This document shows, piece after piece, positions 60,901 through 64,000 of a stretch of 64,000 bases of DNA; within the stretch, counting starts at the first letter, position 1; every line of letters starts with the position of its first letter. The position numbers were made by a program, and so were the translations under genes. Source of the stretch: Candidatus Eiseniibacteriota bacterium (GTDB lineage Bacteria > Eisenbacteria > RBG-16-71-46 > CAIMUX01 > VGJL01); the NCBI GenBank assembly GCA_963792585.1, contig CAWBWI010000001.1:1280001-1344000 (forward strand), in the 5' to 3' direction. Under the pieces are notes generated by a model that worked only from the letters and a program-made list of their open reading frames with translations, made no database searches and was not told the origin of the DNA.

Positions 60901-63721
60901 AGGCGCGGAGAAGTACGCGTCCCTCGGAAAGCAGCAGATACCGCCCCCCACGTCCCTGTCGCTGGACGAGCAACTGCACTTCCCTGCTGCCGAGCAGCGT
61001 CGCCAGCGTGCGCACAATCCCACGCGCCGCATCCGCGTCCACGCCCAGCTGGCAACGTAGCCAGCGCACGAGGGGCGGCTGGTAGGGAGACCCTTCCACC
61101 CCGGCGAGCCGCCGCACCTGGAAGTTCCAATCGTCCGCGGGAAGCTCGTCGCTGAAGACCGTGGGGCGGAACGGCGGCATCCCATCCTCGTGAAAGAGCA
61201 CGTCGGGATTGAGGCGCGCGATGACGCTGGAGCGTACTTCGTCTGCATCGAGGAGAATGTCCGAGTCCAAGGCGCCGGCACGGCGGAATGTATCGAGAAA
61301 CACACGCAGGAGATCACCGCGGCTTTCGCGGGGCACGCCCGTCAGGGCACGATCCATCCAGAAGGCATCGTCGCGCGCGAGGTCGTTCAGGCCGTCGTAC
61401 CCCACCGAGAGGAGTCCCACCATCTCGAGGCTCGGCTGAACCCGCCGCGGCCGGCCGATCAGTTCGCCGATCGCCCCGAGCCCGAGGTAACGCTTGTAAG
61501 CGGCCTCCACGCCTCGCGCAGCCCGTCCCACGCGGACGTCGGCCTCGGGCGCGAAGGGCGGCAGCGTCGCGGAGTCGCTCATCGACTCGAAGGCGACCCG
61601 CCCGGTGTCCACGAGTGTCACCTCGCCGGCCCTCGTCAACCCGCTGTGGAGCGCCCGGCGGAAGTGCATCCGGTGGTCAACGTCTGTGAGATGGGCCGAC
61701 TGGAAGGCGGCGTCCTGTTGGTTGTCGGTAAAGGCGATCACGCGCGACTTCACTGGATCACGAAGCTCGCTGATCGTACGAGTGACAAGGAGATCTGTAG
61801 CCGTCGCGCGACCCACCGCCCCGACGACGGAGAACTTGTTGAACTCACGAATCCGCCGATCGTAGTGGATGCCACAGAATGGACAGAGGAGGAGCGGCGC
61901 CTCGACGAGTGCCATGTCGCGCGTGGCGCCATGTCCGCAGTCCGTGCCAACACCGGCGCACGCCGGGCACACGGAGACGTTCCGTGGGACGGCGCCTTCC
62001 ATCCCGGCACGCGGCTGCCCGTTCCTCCTGACAGCCGCCTCGTCAGGAGGCGCAATGTCTGGATCCCAGGGCTCTGGAAAGACATAGACTGCGCGGGCGC
62101 CCTGTTCGGGCTCACCCCCCGCGAAATCACGCGGGGCGAACCGCTGGCCCCCCGGCTCCTCACGCAGCTCGGCCACCGCACACTCGACGCCGCACGCGGC
62201 GCAGAATACTAGCGGGAAGGCCGGAACGTTCTCGTCCGCCTCGCATTCAGCACAGACCCGCGCCCCGCTCGCCGAAAGATGCCAGTTGCCAAGGCACGCG
62301 GTCACTGGCTGTCCCTGGCTGAAGAAAGTGTGGGCCTTCGAAAGAAGAAGAGGCACATCCGTGCCCTCCGGGCTTGGAACGTGGGTTTGTTCAGCCGTGA
62401 CAATGGCCGCAAGGAGCTCACGCGAGGCATCAGCCGCGCTTGCGTCTGGCCGTCGGGTGTCCCGGTACAAGGCGACCAGGTCGTCCCAGGCGCGCCCCGG
62501 GGAGGGTCCACATTCCTCGTCGGGGACGAGACTCCGTTCAAGGAAACTGACGGTCGCTTGGCGCCGCAGGTCCTCAGCCGTAGCGTCCGCGCGGCCGCAG
62601 AGCGCGTCCCTGAGGCGATGCGTGGCACCCGGGTCACCGCGGACCGCACGGCGGATCCACTCTTCCTCCATCAGGATCCGCTCCGGCAGGGGATCGGGTT
62701 CAGGCGGAGTGAGATGCGCGGCGTAGGTCTCGGAAACGACGTCGTCAGGAGAGAACATCTCACCAAACAGGTCGGAGGCGAAGCGGGCGACCGAGGCGCG
62801 CGACGCCTCTGGTGACCCGCTGTCGATTGTGGCCGATGTGCCGACGCACCGCAGTTTCCCACGAGTCTTCGTGTGTTCCTTGAGCCGCCGAACCAGGCAG
62901 GCCACGTCTGCGCCGCCGCGGCCCGAATGCGTGTGGATCTCATCAAGGACCAGAAAGCGAAGATCCGAGAGCTGTCCGAAGGGGAACACCGAGCGGTCCT
63001 CGAAGCGGGTGAGGATCAGCTCGAGCATCACATAGTTCGTGATTAGGATGTCGGCACCACAGCCGTCGCGCAGGTCTTGCCGGGAGATCACCTCGGAGTC
63101 CCAGGGGGTGTCCCGCCCGGTCGCCTCGCGAAACGCACGGAGCGCCGACTCAGGGTCGTCGCGCAGATCCCTTGTGTAATTGCAGACGGTGAGCCCCGTG
63201 CCGACCAGCCGCTGGGCCAGGTCCTCGTACTGGGAGTTGGCGAGCGCGTTCATCGGGTAGATGAAGAGCGCCTTCACGCCGCGACGGTCGCGCGGCCCGA
63301 CGCCCTGCGCCTCGTTCGCGGTGAGCGCTGACGAGACCGCGGGTACGGCGAAGCAAAAGGACTTCCCTGACCCCGTGCCTGTCGCGACGACGCAGTTGCG
63401 CTGCTCGCGGAGCAGGACCCGCCATGCCTCGCTCTGGTGCCGGTAGGGCGCGATGGGGCCGCTCGATGGATCGTCGCGCTTACGGCGAAAGATGGCCGGA
63501 ATTCTGGCATGGAGCAGCCCCTCCGTGACTAAGATCTCCAAGCTCTCACCCGGCTGGAAACGGCGGCCGAGCGTGAGGAAGGGAGCCCGCCACAGGAAGC
63601 GCCCCTCCTCGATCCGCTCGTGGAGCCAGGCCCGGATCCGATCGTTCCGGATCGTCTGGTAGGTTTCGACGTAGCTCCGGTAGGCGCTCTGGAGCTCGCG
63701 GAAGACTTCGAGGGGATTCAT
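57950..63721 (-). CDS. SF2 DEAD/DEAH helicase + DUF1998 (MrfA-type Zn) + DUF559/Vsr-like nuclease + S24 peptidase fusion; frameshifts near 59640 and 59460
   Basis: PYRHQ, TGTGSGKS, YPMNALANSQ, DEIH, SAT, TPTMELGVDIG, QRHGRAGR; EGGTG...CERACYDCLLSYYNQ; ADLLY...VHGSPH...RD...LRALGYRV; AAG...KSM...TVK. Confidence 0.85.
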
Positions 63722-64000
63722 GCGATCCTCCGGTAGGCGGCGAGGCAATCCTTCTTGAACTTGTAGCTACCGTGCTCGCTGGTCTGGACCCGAGCCATCA
63801 CCTCAAAGGAGTCGAGAACGCTCTCGTACTGCGCGGCGGTGACCCCGTACGCGTGGGCGACGAGAGCGTCGAGTTCCACGTCCAGGGAATACCGTTCTTC
63901 CGGGTCCCACAGGTGGGGCTCGACTCCGAAGAGGCGCGCCACTGAGTGGCTTGTGAGCGAGAGCCTGCGAGCATGTTCGGCGATGCGTGAGTCGAGACCG
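63718..64000 (-). CDS. C-terminus of an Eco57I/type IIG-like (DrmMI-like) DNA methyltransferase, partial
   Basis: ELDALVAHAYGV...VLDSF...GSYKFK..CLAAY tail typical of such MTases; ATGA overlap with the helicase; catalytic motifs lie outside the window. Confidence 0.65.
   Translation of the reverse strand, partial: GLDSRIAEHARRLSLTSHSVARLFGVEPHLWDPEERYSLDVELDALVAHAYGVTAAQYESVLDSFEVMARVQTSEHGSYKFKKDCLAAYRRIA

Overview
High-GC bacterial chromosomal window. Several secreted proteins carry C-terminal FlgD/Ig-like sorting domains, which suggests an FCB-group lineage such as Eisenbacteria (inference only). Positions 1-36.9 kb are host backbone: Hsp20-like/dnaJ, tkt-gnd-zwf-pgl, ettA, ppk2, secreted beta-propeller proteins, a PEP-CTERM protein, OmpA, a VKOR-DsbA fusion, a TPR-CHAT/ECF sigma/anti-sigma module, msrA, Hsp33 and tadA. 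At 36925-36967 is the isolated 3' half of a tRNA-Arg(ACG), the att junction of an integrated element. The element carries a P4-type tyrosine integrase, AlpA, a DnaB-N/AAA_25 helicase with an ori-like repeat cluster and a lambda-like cos candidate. After these come a ParB + PAPS-reductase-like (IbrA) + ParB (IbrB) + GNAT cassette, small ORFs, DUF3560, HNH, TerS and GpA-type TerL. No portal, capsid or tail genes follow TerL. A defence-like island follows directly: HEPN-like proteins, a TIR-like protein, an AAA ATPase, a PD-(D/E)xK nuclease, a helicase-DUF1998-nuclease-S24 fusion and a methyltransferase C-terminus. The two most notable features are the candidate packaging-linked DNA-modification cassette and the capsid-less, terminase-encoding architecture. 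Five genes are split by small frameshifts that look like assembly indels. All family calls come from motif recognition by eye; no searches were run.
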